Positions 48,357 to 60,427 are shown, numbered from the stretch's first letter. The stretch is DNA of 64,000 nucleotides from an uncultured Bacillota bacterium (GCA_963804645.1 CAWDRG010000009.1:128001-192000), one strand, 5' to 3'. The notes: a model not told the origin generated them from the sequence alone. Made by a program: numbers and translations.

Positions 48357-49989
48357 ATGGCGTTCGTGATGACGCTGCTGGTGGTGTTCTTCGTGGGCAT
48401 GATGCTCTTCGCATTCGTCTTCACGAGTCAGAGCGGCGTGTGGTTTGCGACCAACGACCGAAACAGCACCGTCGCCATGGAACTCGCAGAGGCCGGCGTC
48501 CAGGAAGCGCTGAACCGGCTGCGGGTGTCTGGCGTCGGCGCGACGGGCACGTTCGCGAACAGCCTCGCGGCCAGCGCGGCGGCGCCGCACAGCAGCGGGA
48601 CCGTGACGCTGCAGGCTCCGCTCGCGATCAACCCGACGATCATTCCGATTCTCTCCGTTGCGGCCTACGGCGGGATACAGCGCGCGGCGCGGGTCCTGGT
48701 GCAGGCGGCGTACCAGCCGGGATTCGGCAACGTGGTCCAGGCTCCGCTCGTCGTGTTTCAGGGCGACGCATCCGCGATCACCGGGGACACATCCTCGCTC
48801 TCCAGCGTGACGTTTCAGACCTATCAAACGTCACCCGCGCCGGCGTCGGGCGCGACCGCGACGAACCTGATTTCCCCCCAGGTGATGGCGGGGACCGACA
48901 TCACGACCCAGGGCAGCGGCCCGGGCGACTTTTTCTTCGAGTGCGCCAACGATTCGACGACCGAGGTCGCGCCGACGACGTGCATGCGCCAGACCAACCT
49001 GCCGATCAACTGGCATCCGGCCACCCCGCAGGGGATGCCGTCCGCGGACTTCACTGCCGTGATCCTGCAGTGGAACGGCAGCAACGCGAACCTGCCGAGC
49101 GGCCTCCAGGTGGTACAGGCCACGCAGGGCGGCGTCGGCGTGACGTACACGTCCGCGGGGACGTACACGCCGACCTACTGGACGACCGTCGCCGCCACGG
49201 CCGGGCAGGTGTTGCTGATCGTCGACAGCGGCGGTCCGTTCTGCGTGAACGGGGCGAGCGTCACCGCCGGGGTCTGTACCGGCCTCGGCACCCTCTACGG
49301 CGATGTCAGCGGGGGCGGGGCGGACGAGCGGTATCTCGACTGGGGCCTCGTCGCCGACGATCTCAGCCGGACGACAGCCGCCGCGTTCTTCCAGGCGCCC
49401 ACCTGCGCGACGTGCAACGCCGGCGGGCCGAACGGCAACCAAAACGGCGTCCGGTACGTGTCGCTCGATCCCCACCGTCGACGTGCTCGGCATCGCGTGC
49501 AACAACAACCTCGCCCCGGGATTCAGCGCGTTCTACAATGTCTCCAGCGACGGGATGACGTGCGCAGCCCCTCCGACGCTCATCGGCAGCGGCACCTTCA
49601 CCGGGACGAAGAGCAACCCCGAATTCCTCGTGATCGACAACGGCGCTCCGGGCGGCGCCGCGGTGACGATCACCGGCACGGGGCGCGCGACCGGGTGCAG
49701 CGATACCTTCGCGTCCGCGAACTGGGGGGTGATCGTCGCGACGGGAGACCTCACCCTGCAAGACTTCGCGTTCGACGGCGTGATCTACACGCTTGGCAAC
49801 GTGTATACGCAGGGCCACATCTACGTCAAGGGCGGGATCTTCTCCGGCACGCCGTCCACGACACAGGTGGACCAGTTGAGCGGCACGCTGTCGTTTTGCG
49901 GCGGCGCATCGGTGAGCGTCCCCATGGCCGCGACGTTCTTCAATTTCACGCCGATGTCGTGGGTGGACCGCCCGGCCGGACAACCCTGA
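48357..49989 (+). CDS. PilX/GspK-like pilin with large C-terminal domain (frameshift near 49467)
   Basis: DAG|MAFVMTLLVV (no Glu5)...AMELAEAGVQEAL; the duplicate at 53698+ lacks the extra C and reads through; true start unresolved. Confidence 0.78.
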
Positions 49990-50003
49990 CGAGGACGCAT
50001 CCG

Positions 50004-50053
50004 GTCGACGCGCCTCCGCCGCGGGCGTCTTCCCCCGCGGCGGAGGGGTCGAC
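50004..50053. terminator. Hairpin after the pilin operon (repeated at about 54415-54464)
   Basis: gtcgac-gc-gcctccgccgcggg...cccgcggcggagg-g-gtcgac inverted repeat. Confidence 0.6.
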
Positions 50054-50067
50054 GGTACGCCGGCCGA

Positions 50068-50109
50068 TGGAGACGACAGGATTCGAACCCGTGACCCTCG
50101 GGGTGTGAA
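50068..50109 (-). pseudogene. tRNA 3' half remnant (Ala-type acceptor), att-like
   Basis: Minus strand GGTC-ACGGG-TTCGAAT-CCTGT-CGTCTCC-A: T-arm plus acceptor 3' strand; no D-arm or 5' strand. Confidence 0.7.
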
Positions 50110-50192
50110 GCGGACCACGGTCATGCCGCCGGACGATTGGCGCTGGTGCGGGCCTCTCTATGGCGATGCGTGTCGATACGGAGATGTCACGA

Positions 50193-50762
50193 CTACTTGT
50201 TGAGCGGCCCGATCTTTGCGCCCGTCAGCGAGAAGTCATACATCAATCCTTTCGAGCCCACCACGAATCCGGCGATCGGCGCGGTAACCCGCATCGTACT
50301 GAGGTCGTCTCCCGCACCGACGTGGATCAGGGTCACCGGGCCGTTGGTGCCGACCACCCAGCCCGCCGTGAGCTCGAAACTCCTGAGCGCCGCGGCATCG
50401 CGGAACACGAAAATGACATCCTTCGACAGCACATCCGTCGAGGCTCCCCACTTGGCCGTGAAGCTGTAGTATCCGAAGCTCCGCGCGACTCCATTGATCC
50501 GCAAGGCGCCCTCTCCGTACTGCTGGCCGTACAGGAATGCGGCCTTGACGACCTCCGGGAACACCACCACGCCCTGTGACTGAGCGATGAATTTCGCACC
50601 GCCCTTGACCTGTTGACCAAACCGCGCCAACGCCGCGTTCACGGCGGTGTCGATCTGCCCGGTCGTCTTCGCTTCAGAGGTACCGGGAAGCATGAGGCTG
50701 CCGAGTAGCAGCAAACATCCCGCGAGCGCTATGCTGCGGGAAATCCGCCGAGCGCGCATCAT
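50193..50762 (-). CDS. YSC84/SYLF-domain secreted protein, copy 1
   Basis: Signal peptide; VVVFPEVVKAAFLYGQQYGEGAL, KGLMYDFSLTGAKI. Confidence 0.85.
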   Translation of the reverse strand: MMRARRISRSIALAGCLLLLGSLMLPGTSEAKTTGQIDTAVNAALARFGQQVKGGAKFIAQSQGVVVFPEVVKAAFLYGQQYGEGALRINGVARSFGYYSFTAKWGASTDVLSKDVIFVFRDAAALRSFELTAGWVVGTNGPVTLIHVGAGDDLSTMRVTAPIAGFVVGSKGLMYDFSLTGAKIGPLNK

Positions 50763-51093
50763 CTTACCCCCCGATCAACCAGAAGTCGGTCCGAACCGTT
50801 TCACGACCGCAGTCGGGGCCGCCGCGCCGCCACCTGGGCGCGTGCATCCGCCGCGCATCGCCCAAACGAGCATACTCCGCGTCACAACCAAAAGCCTTGT
50901 GGCGGCCTCACGGCCCGATGCTCCGCCACGTTTGCCGCATCTATCTGAGACCTTCCATGCTTGCGTTCGAACGTGGGGTACGCGAATCGACTGCTGTCGT
51001 GGCCTAACGCGAGGCGCCCAGCCCGATGCCGGTGCCCGTACGTCTCGTGGAATGGTGAGGGAGCGGAGACGACCCCGCTCCCTCACCGATCGG

Positions 51094-53467
51094 TTATTGT
51101 CTCGCCATCGCGATCCGAAGCGCTTCCTCCGGCGACACCAAATGGTCGGCGCTCTCGGCGGCCGCGGCGATCGCGATCTGCACGCCCTTGACGCGGCCCG
51201 AGAACGCGTTGCCCCGCGGCCCGTAGTCAGGGGACACCGGCGCGCCCGTGTCTTCGCCGACGTCGCAGCCGTCGTCGGCGGAAAACACCATCGCCGCCGT
51301 GGCCGCGACCTTGCTCTCTCCGACCTTCTTGCCGTCGACGTAGAGCGACACCTGGCCCCCCTTGCCGAGACCGCCGCCCGCATAGGCGAACTCCATCCGC
51401 ACCTGGTGTTCGCCCGCCGGCAGCGGGCCGGCCGCTTCCGCGTAGAAGTACTGCACACCGAGCAGATTGTAGCAGTACTTGAGCTTGTTGCCCTTCGCGT
51501 ACAGGCTCCAGCCGCCGATGTTGCCCCCCTGCGCGACGATCACACCCTCGGCGCCAGACGCCGGCACCACGATCTCGGCGGTGATCGAGTGGGACTTGTT
51601 CTTGACGTTGATGACGGAGTTCTCCGACAGCCGCCCCATGCCGCTGAACAGAATCTGGGAGGTGCCCTTGATCAGGATGGGCCGACCGGCGATCTCCGGA
51701 CGTGCCCGCTCGAGCCCGCGGTCGTCCAAGGGCAGCACGTTGTACCGCGTCGCCTCGATCAGCCACAGGCGCTGCAGCTCATGCAGTTTCTCCGGCATCT
51801 CCTTCGACAGGTCCCGCGCCTGGCTCCAGTCTTTGCTGGTGTCGTAGAGCTCCCAGACGTCATCGTCGAACGCCGGGTTCTTTCCGCCGACGATCACCCA
51901 CGGCGTGTTGTGCCGCGTCACCGCGGTCCAGCCCTTGTGGTAGATGCCCCGGTTGCCGAACATCTCGAAGTACTGCGTCTCGTGCCGGTCGGCCGCCTTG
52001 GCGTCGTTGAAGGAGTACAGCATGCTGACGCCCTGGATGGGCATCTGCTGCACCCCGTTCACCAAGATGGGCTCGGGGAGCCCGGCCGCCTCGAGGAGGG
52101 TCGGCGCGACGTCGATGACGTGGTGAAACTGGCTGCGGAGTTCGCCCTTGCCCGTGATCCGCTTCGGCCAGTGCACGATGGTCCCGTTGCGCGTGCCGCC
52201 CCAGTGCGATGCCACCTGCTTGGTCCACTGATACGGCGTGTCGAGCGCGTGCGCCCAGCCGACCGCGTAGTGGTTGTAGGACTCCGGTCCGCCGAGTTTG
52301 TCGATCCGCGCCATGAGAAACTCCGGCGTCTCTAAGGCGGCCATGCCGTTGAAGTTGATCATCTCGTTGAACGTGCCGTTCAGCGTCCCTTCCGCCGACG
52401 CCCCGTTGTCTCCGATGATGTAGTACACGAGCGTATCGTCCAGGATGTTGAGCTTTTGCATGCCGTCCAGCAGGCGGCCGACGTGGTAGTCGACGAATTC
52501 CATGTAGCCTGCGTACACCTCCATCTCGCGGCGGAGCACGGGCTTGAGTGCCTCCGGCATGTCGTCCCACGCCGGGATCTCCTTATGGCGTGGGGTCAGC
52601 AGCGCATCCTGCGGGATCACGCCCAACTCTTTCTGCCGCTTGAACGTCCGCTCTCGCAGCTTGTCCCACCCATCGTCGAACTTCCCCTTGTACTTGTCGG
52701 CCCACTCCTTCGGTACGTGGTGCGGTGCGTGCGTGGCGCCGGGCGCGAAGTAGACGAAAAACGGCTTGTCGGGCATGAGCGCCTTCTGCTGCCCGACCCA
52801 CGCGATCGCTTTATCGGTCATGTCCTCCACGAGGTGGTACCCCTCTTCCGGCGTCTTCTTGACGTCCACCGCCGTCGTGCCCTCGTAGATCGTGGGATAC
52901 CATTGGTTAGCTTCTCCGCCGATGAAGCCGTAGAAGTACTCGAAGCCGCCGCCGCCGCTGGGCCACGCGTCAAACGGACCGGCCGGACTCGTCTGCCACA
53001 CCGGCACCTCATGGCACTTGCCGAACTGCGCCGTGGCATACCCGTTCAGCTTCAGCGTCCGCGCAATCGGCGACGCGGTGTTGGGCAGGACTGAACTGTA
53101 CCCCGGCGCGCCGGTCGCGACTTCCGTGATGGCGCCCATGCCGACCGAGTGGTGGTTGCGCCCGGTCAAGAGCGCCTGCCGCGTCGGGGAGCAGAGGGCC
53201 GTCGTGTGAAACCGGGTGTACTTCAACCCGCCGGCCGCCAGCCGTTCCGCGTTCGGCGTGTTGCACGGGCCGCCGAACGCGCTGGACGAGCCGAAGCCCG
53301 CGTCGTCGATCAGCACGATGAGCACGTTTGGCGCGCCCTGTCGGCGGACGCAGCTGCGGGATCGGCGGGTACTGGCTGTCGGGATCCTTGGCGTCGAACG
53401 TGATCAGCCCCGTGCGGGGACGGTCGGGGATCGGTAAAACGGTGCGTCCGTGCTCTAGGTCCGGCAT
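51094..53467 (-). CDS. Arylsulfatase (formylglycine-dependent), copy 1; +1 frameshift near 53339
   Basis: PNVLIVLIDD, ALCSPTRQALLTGR, FGKCH, GDNG; extra T relative to copy 2. Confidence 0.9.
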
Positions 53468-53697
53468 CTCTGTTGCCTCCTCTGATTCCCAATACATTGG
53501 GTTTCGCGGGGGTTCGCGAGCGCGTACTGTATAGGTTCGACATCGACCAGCGACCCCATGCCTGTGGCGAGACGCCGAATCGGAGAATGGCACCGCCACT
53601 GCCGCGCAGGGGTGCGTCTGGTAGCAGACGCACCCCGTGAATTCACCCGCCTCCCCGACATCGCCCCGCGGGACGTGCTCACATCCAGAACAACCAC

Positions 53698-54400
53698 CGG
53701 CACCCTGTACGGCGATGTCAGCGGGGGCGGGGCGGACGAGCGGTATCTCGACTGGGGCCTCGTCGCCGACGATCTCAGCCGGACGACAGCCGTCGCGTTC
53801 TTCCAGGCGCCCACCTGCGCGACGTGCAACGCCGGCGGACCGAACGGCAACCAAAACGGCGTCCGGTACGTGTCGCTGATCCCCCCCGTTGACGTGCTCG
53901 GCATCGCGTGCAACAACAACCTCGCCCCGGGATTCAGCGCGTTCTCCAATGTCTCCAGCGACGGGATGACGTGCGCAGCTCCTCCGACGCTCATCGGCAG
54001 CGGCACCTTCACCGGGACGAAGAGCAACCCCGAATTCCTCGTGATCGACAACGGCGCTCCGGGCGGCGCCGCGGTGACGATCACCGGCACGGGGCGCGCG
54101 ACCGGGTGTAGCGATGCCTTCGCGTCGGCGAACTGGGGGGTGATCGTCGCGACGGGAGACCTCACCCTGCAAGACTTCGCGTTCGACGGCGTGATCTACA
54201 CGCTTGGCAACGTGTATACGCAGGGCCACATCTACGTCAAGGGCGGGATCTTCTCCGGCACGCCGTCCACGACACAGGTGGACCAGTTGAGCGGCACGCT
54301 GTCGTTTTGCGGCGGGGCATCGGTGAGCGTCCCCATGGCCGCGACGTTCTTCAATTTCACGCCGATGTCGTGGGTGGACCGCCCGGCGGGACAACCCTGA
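53698..54400 (+). pseudogene. Duplicated 3' fragment of the PilX-like gene
   Basis: GTLYGDVSGGG...WVDRPAGQP without the pilin N-terminus. Confidence 0.85.
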
Positions 54401-54478
54401 CGAGAACGCATCCGGTCGACGCGCCTCCGCCGCGGGCGTCTTCCCCCGCGGCGGAGGGGTCGACGGTACGCCTGCCGA

Positions 54479-54520
54479 TGGAGACGACAGGATTCGAACC
54501 CGTGACCCTCGGGGTGTGAA
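54479..54520 (-). pseudogene. tRNA 3' remnant, copy 2
   Basis: Same sequence as 50068..50109. Confidence 0.7.
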
Positions 54521-54603
54521 GCGGACCACGGTCATGCCGCCGGACGACTGGCGCTGGTGCGGGCCTCTCTATGGCGATGCGTGTCGATACGGAGATGTCA
54601 CGA

Positions 54604-55170
54604 CTACTTGTTGAGCGGCCCGATCTTTGCGCCGGTCAGCGAGAAGTCATACATCAATCCTTTCGAGCCCACCACGAATCCGGCGATCGGCGCGGTAACC
54701 CGCATCGTGCTGAGGTCGTCTCCCGCACCGACGTGGATCAGGGTCACCGGGCCGTTGGTGCCGACCACCCAGCCCGCCGTGAGCTCGAAACTCCTGAGCG
54801 CCGCGGCATCGCGGAACACGAAAATGACATCCTTCGACAGCACATCCGTCGAGGCTCCCCACTTGGCGGTGAAGCTGTAGTATCCGAAGCTCCGCGCGAC
54901 TCCATTGATCCGCAAGGCGCCCTCTCCGTACTGCTGGCCGTACAGGAATGCCGCCTTGACGACCTCCGGGAACACCACCACGCCCTGTGACTGAGCGATG
55001 AATTTCGCACCGCCCTTGACCTGTTGACCAAACCGCGCCAACGCCGCGTTCACGGCGGTGTCGATCTGCCCGGTCGTCTTCGCTTCAGAGGTACCGGGAA
55101 GCGTGAGGCTGCCGAGTAGCAGCAAACATCCCGCGAGCGCTATGCTGCGGGAAATCCGCCGAGCGCGCAT
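54604..55170 (-). CDS. YSC84/SYLF-domain secreted protein, copy 2
   Basis: Near-identical to 50193..50762. Confidence 0.85.
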   Translation of the reverse strand: MRARRISRSIALAGCLLLLGSLTLPGTSEAKTTGQIDTAVNAALARFGQQVKGGAKFIAQSQGVVVFPEVVKAAFLYGQQYGEGALRINGVARSFGYYSFTAKWGASTDVLSKDVIFVFRDAAALRSFELTAGWVVGTNGPVTLIHVGAGDDLSTMRVTAPIAGFVVGSKGLMYDFSLTGAKIGPLNK

Positions 55171-55503
55171 CGTCTTACCCCCCGATCAACCAGAAGTCGG
55201 TCCGAACCGTTTCACGACCGCAGTCGGGGCCGCCGCGCCACCACCTCGGCGCGTGCATCCGACGCGCATCGCCCAAACAAGCATACTCCGCGTCACAACC
55301 AAAAGCCTTGTGGCGGCCTCACGGCCCGATGCTCCGCCACGTTTGCCGCATCTATCTGAGACCTTCCATGCTTGCGTTCGAACGTGGGGTACGCGAATCG
55401 ACTGCTGTCGTGGCCTAACGCGAGGCGCCCAGCCCGATGCCGGTGCCCGTACGTCTCGTGGAATGGGAGGGAGCGGAGACGACCCCGCTCCCTCACCGAT
55501 CGG

Positions 55504-57877
55504 TTATTGTCTCGCCATTGCGATCCGAAGCGCTTCCTCCGGCGACACCAAATGGTCGGCGCTCTCCGCGGCCGCGGCGATCGCGATCTGCACGCCCTTG
55601 ACGCGGCCCGAGAACGCGTTGCCCCGCGGCCCGTAGTCAGGGGACACCGGCGCGCCCGTGTCTTCGCCGACGTCGCAGCCGTCGTCGGCGGAAAACACCA
55701 TCGCCGCCGTGGCCGCGACCTTGGTCTCTCCAACCTTCTTGCCGTCGACGTAGAGCGACACCTGGCCCCCCTTGCCGAGACCGCCGCCCGCATAGGCGAA
55801 CTCCATCCGCACCTGGTGTTCGCCCGCCGGCAGCGGGCCGGCCGCTTCCGCGTAGAAGTACTGCACACCGAGCAGATTGTAGCAGTACTTGAGCTTGTTG
55901 CCCTTCGCGTACAGGCTCCAGCCGCCGATGTTGCCCCCCTGCGCGACGATCACACCCTCGGCGCCAGACGCCGGCACCACGATCTCGGCGGTGATCGAGT
56001 GGGACTTGTTCTTGACGTTGATGACGGAGTTCTCCGACAGCCGCCCCATGCCGCTGAACAGAATCTGGGAGGTGCCCTTGATCAGGATGGGCCGACCGGC
56101 GATCTCCGGACGTGCCCGCTCGAGCCCGCGGTCGTCCAAGGGCAGCACGTTGTACCGCGTCGCCTCGATCAGCCACAGGCGCTGCAGCTCATGCAGTTTC
56201 TCCGGCATCTCCTTCGACAGGTCCCGCGCCTGGCTCCAGTCTTTGCTGGTGTCGTAGAGCTCCCAGACGTCATCGTCGAACGCCGGGTTCTTTCCGCCGA
56301 CGATCACCCACGGCGTGTTGTGCCGCGTCACCGCGGTCCAGCCCTTGTGGTAGATGCCCCGGTTGCCGAACATCTCGAAGTACTGCGTCTCGTGCCGGTC
56401 GGCCGCCTTGGCGTCGTTGAAGGAGTACAGCATGCTGACGCCCTGGATGGGCATCTGCTGCACCCCGTTCACCAAGATGGGCTCGGGGAGCCCGGCCGCC
56501 TCGAGGAGGGTCGGCGCGACGTCGATGACGTGGTGAAACTGGCTGCGGAGCTCGCCTTTGCCCGTGATCCGCTTCGGCCAGTGCACGATGGTCCCGTTGC
56601 GCGTGCCGCCCCAGTGCGATGCCACCTGCTTGGTCCACTGATACGGCGTGTCGAGCGCGTGCGCCCAGCCGACCGCGTAGTGGTTGTAGGACTCCGGTCC
56701 GCCGAGTTTGTCGATCCGCGCCATGAGAAACTCCGGCGTCTCCAAGGCGGCCATGCCGTTGAAGTTGATCATCTCGTTGAACGTGCCGTTCAGCGTTCCT
56801 TCCGCCGACGCCCCGTTGTCCCCGATGATGTAGTACACGAGCGTATCGTCCAGGATGTTGAGCTTTTGCATGCCGTCCAGCAGGCGGCCGACGTGGTAGT
56901 CGACGAATTCCATGTAGCCTGCGTACACCTCCATCTCGCGGCGGAGCACGGGCTTGAGTGCCTCCGGCATGTCATCCCACGCCGGGATCTCCTTATGGCG
57001 TGGGGTCAGCAGCGCATCCTGCGGGATCACGCCCAACTCTTTCTGCCGCTTGAACGTCCGCTCTCGCAGCTTGTCCCACCCATCGTCGAACTTCCCCTTG
57101 TACTTGTCGGCCCACTCCTTCGGTACGTGGTGCGGTGCGTGCGTGGCGCCGGGCGCGAAGTAGACGAAAAACGGCTTGTCGGGCATGAGCGCCTTCTGCT
57201 GCCCGACCCACGCGATCGCTTTATCGGTCATGTCCTCCACGAGGTGGTAGCCCTCTTCCGGCGTCTTCTTGACGTCCACCGCCGTCGTGCCCTCGTAGAT
57301 CGTGGGATACCATTGGTTAGCTTCTCCCCCGATGAAGCCGTAGAAGTACTCGAAGCCGCCGCCGCCGCTGGGCCACGCGTCAAACGGACCGGCCGGACTC
57401 GTCTGCCACACCGGGCACCTCATGGCACTTGCCGAACTGCGCCGTGGCATACCCGTTCAGCTTCAGTGTCCGCGCAATCGGCGACGCGGTGTTGGGCAGG
57501 ACTGAACTGTACCCCGGCGCGCCGGTCGCGACTTCCGTGATGGCGCCCATGCCGACCGAGTGGTGGTTGCGCCCGGTCAAGAGCGCCTGCCGCGTCGGGG
57601 AGCAGAGGGCCGTGGTGTGAAACCGCGTATACTTCAACCCGCCGGCCGCCAGCCGTTCCGCGTTCGGCGTGTTGCACGGGCCGCCGAACGCGCTGGACGA
57701 GCCGAAGCCCGCATCGTCGATCAGCACGATGAGTACGTTGGGCGCGCCCGTCGGCGGACGCAGCTGCGCGATCGGCGGGTACTGGCTGTCGGGATCCTTG
57801 GCGTCGAACGTGATCAGCCCCGTGCGGGGACGGTCGGGGATCGGTAAAACGGTGCGTCCGTGCTCTAGGTCCGGCAT
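55504..57877 (-). CDS. Arylsulfatase, copy 2; +1 frameshift near 57413
   Basis: ORFs 57380..57877 and 55504..57450; ccgggcacc versus ccggcacc in copy 1. Confidence 0.9.
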
Positions 57878-58088
57878 CTCTGTTGCCTCCTCTGATTCCC
57901 ACTACATTGGGGTTCGCGGGGGTTCGCGAGCGCGTACTGTATAGGTTCGACATCGACCAGCAAACCCATGCCCGTGGCGAGACGCAGAATCGGAGAATGG
58001 CACCGCCACTGCCGCGCAGGGGTGCATCTGGTAGCAGACGCACCCCGTGAATTCACCCGCCTCCCCGACATCGCCCCGCGGGACGTGC

Positions 58089-58397
58089 TCACATCCAGAA
58101 CAACCACGCACGGCGTGTGGGGATCGCGTGTTGGAGTACTTCGCCCACGCTCGCGGCCATGACGCGGTCCCAGGACAAGAGACCAGCAAGGTGCTCGGCA
58201 TCGACGACCGGCACCACCTCTTCAGACTCCATCATCATGGCGGCAGCGGCGTCCTCGAGTGAAGCCGAGGGCTTCACGGCGGAACCAGGAGAGACGAACA
58301 TCCCGCCGACGACTACGTCGTCCAGCCGATGCCATACCTCGTCGATGGATTCCGTCGTGGCCGCCGAGGGCGTGACGCGCAACAGCCCCCTTCTCAT
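58089..58397 (-). CDS. Small CBS-domain protein, possibly degenerate
   Basis: VKPSASLEDAAAAM...VVPVVDAEHLAGLLSWDRV. Confidence 0.65.
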   Translation of the reverse strand: MRRGLLRVTPSAATTESIDEVWHRLDDVVVGGMFVSPGSAVKPSASLEDAAAAMMMESEEVVPVVDAEHLAGLLSWDRVMAASVGEVLQHAIPTRRAWLFWM

Positions 58398-58534
58398 CCA
58401 CGTGAATCGTACGGCGTTCGGCCAGCGATTTGACGCAAAACCACTACCACTCTACAATGAACGTGGTCCATCTGCCCTGTTCGCGGTCGCGAGACTCACT
58501 GTCGCTATCGAACTTAGTCGTGGAGGGCATGACC

Positions 58535-58912
58535 ATGCGCAACAAACTCTCGATTGCGATCCTCTCGCTGATGCTGCTTTGCACGGCGCAGAGTTGGGCC
58601 GGTACGACGGGCAACGGGACGGCGCAGCAAGCAAAGACGCAATACGCATTCTGCTATGGGGGAAACGTAAAGGTCGTCTATTTCAGCCAGGTCCTCACTC
58701 TGGCTCCCACCGTGAGCGCCCCCAAGCTTGGGGCTGCATACGCACGCTACATTGAGACGACATACGGACTGCCCGGCGTTGATCGGCAGCGGTGCGTCAC
58801 TTCAGACTCGAGCGCTGGCGCAGCGGCTGAGAAGCAGCGCTATAAGGGGATGTTTGGCACGACAAGAATCATCGAGATTGAATGGGCAGGCGACTCTGCG
58901 GGCGCCCATTAG
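58535..58912 (+). CDS. Hypothetical secreted protein
   Basis: GGAGGG RBS; MRNKLSIAILSLMLLCTAQSWA signal peptide; two Cys in the mature part. Confidence 0.75.
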   Translation: MRNKLSIAILSLMLLCTAQSWAGTTGNGTAQQAKTQYAFCYGGNVKVVYFSQVLTLAPTVSAPKLGAAYARYIETTYGLPGVDRQRCVTSDSSAGAAAEKQRYKGMFGTTRIIEIEWAGDSAGAH

Positions 58913-59100
58913 TCCTACAGCCGCACTTCATTCTTGACCTTTCTTGAGCCGCGCCACGCGGCGTCGGTGATGACACGGTTGCGCGCGCCCTTGATGAACG
59001 ACGCCGCCACGTCGACCACCGCACGGTATGCGTGAGCTCCGGGACGGCGCTCCAGACGACGCGGCACAGGAGGCGCCGCACTTCCGGGACCGTCAATGGA
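58909..59100 (-). mobile_element. IS701-family right-end remnant
   Basis: PLTVPEVRRLL...WSTWRRR...AR peptide and terminal AAGTGCGGCTGTAGGACTAA, resembling IS701 ends (...GCGGCTGTAGTACTAG). Confidence 0.7.
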
Positions 59101-59206
59101 AAGCGATGCAAGCGCCTCCACGAGTATTCTGGTCAGAAGCCGAGCGCGGTACCAGCCAAGCTCGGATACCCTTTCAAACCGACCCGGGATGGGAGAGGAG
59201 CAAACA

Positions 59207-60270
59207 GTGGCTCAGCAACATCAGGTAATGGTGGTACCGAAGAATAATGCGCCGGCTAATGCGCCGGCAGCCATGGTGCAGTTACAGCGCGACGGCAGTT
59301 TCCACTATGTCCTCGCGTGGAGCGACGCAAGCTGGAATATGTGGTCTACCTGGTGCCCTGCGGTTCAAGGTCAAACCAGTTATGCTTGGACCAAACCCAT
59401 CCAGATCCCTGGGGGAACGTCGGCAGGGCCAGCCTTGGCGGGCGGCGGGCAACGGGGTTGGGCGGCTTGGAAGGGTCAGGGGAGCGATGAGCGGATCTTT
59501 TTGTCCTCGCTCCAAGGCACTGGTGGTACGCAGGCGTGGGTTGCTCCAGGCGCCCAGATTCTCGGGATCGGCACCAGTGCCGCTCCGGCCCTCGCGGCGA
59601 TTATTGGTGGGCCTCTGATCCTCGCGTGGAAGGGCATACCCGGTGACAATACAATTTACTGGTCGCAGTCTAACGCTAACCCAGATTCGCCCTCCACGGC
59701 GTGGGGCAACCAACCGGCAACGCAGCAGCAGGTGCAGCCAAACGCGTTGAGCACCGATACGCCAGCGCTGGCAGTATGCTATCCCGACCCGGCCGCCTCC
59801 GCGGGGGTATTGCCAGCGTATGTCTTGTGTGCATGGAAAGGACAGAAAACCCCGCACGATAAAATTTTTGCGGCCGTGTACAACTTGAGCATGAACCACA
59901 CACCGACATGGACGAACCTTCCGATTCCCCAGCAGTTTCAAACTGATGTCGGACCAGCGTGGGATTCGACTATCTGGGCAATATTCATCTGGCATGGAAG
60001 GGCGGGGGGGGACCATCTGACTACTCCATTTGGACGTCGTCATTGCAGGCCCAATATTGGCAGGGGTTGAAAAGTTCGCCAAACGTCACGAATGACTGGA
60101 CTACACCCGACGCGCCCTTACCCGTGATCGCGACAGCCGCGCGGCCGGCGTTGACTGACCTGTCGGGGGCCGGTGGTACCCAGCCCGATCAATTGGTGGC
60201 TTGGCAGGGGCACAAGAGCCCCTTCGAGTTGTGGGTCGGACCGTTCGAGGGCCTGATATTTGGTGTCTGA
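59207..60270 (+). CDS. Repeat beta-propeller-like hypothetical protein (frameshift near 59959)
   Basis: GGAGAGGAG RBS then GTG; five to six T-x3-PALA...AWKG repeats across ORFs 59096..60070 and 59959..60270; lower GC. Confidence 0.72.
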
Positions 60271-60427
60271 AGGGCAGATCGGGACGGGAAAGTGCAGAAA
60301 CGACCCGCCCAGACCCCCGCGCATTCGCAGGGCATTTGCAGAGATGCGCACGAGCGGGTTCGTCCCTTGCGTTGGTCCGAGACAGGCTCGACGACCATGG
60401 TAACAGGCCGGAACAGGTGAGCAGGTG

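Larger units (their letters stand above)
49286..53697. repeat. Tandem duplication, copy 1 (about 4.41 kb)
   Basis: cggcaccc...caaccac; near-identical to 53698..58107. Confidence 0.95.
53698..58107. repeat. Tandem duplication, copy 2
   Basis: Matches 49286..53697 with scattered substitutions and different indels. Confidence 0.95.

Noticed and set aside
49400..49420. CATCN as a heme c motif in the PilX-like protein
   Set aside because: Asn instead of the required His; more likely a disulfide.
53558..54400. 280-aa ORF as a new chimeric gene
   Set aside because: Read-through from non-coding DNA across the duplication junction into the pilin tail.
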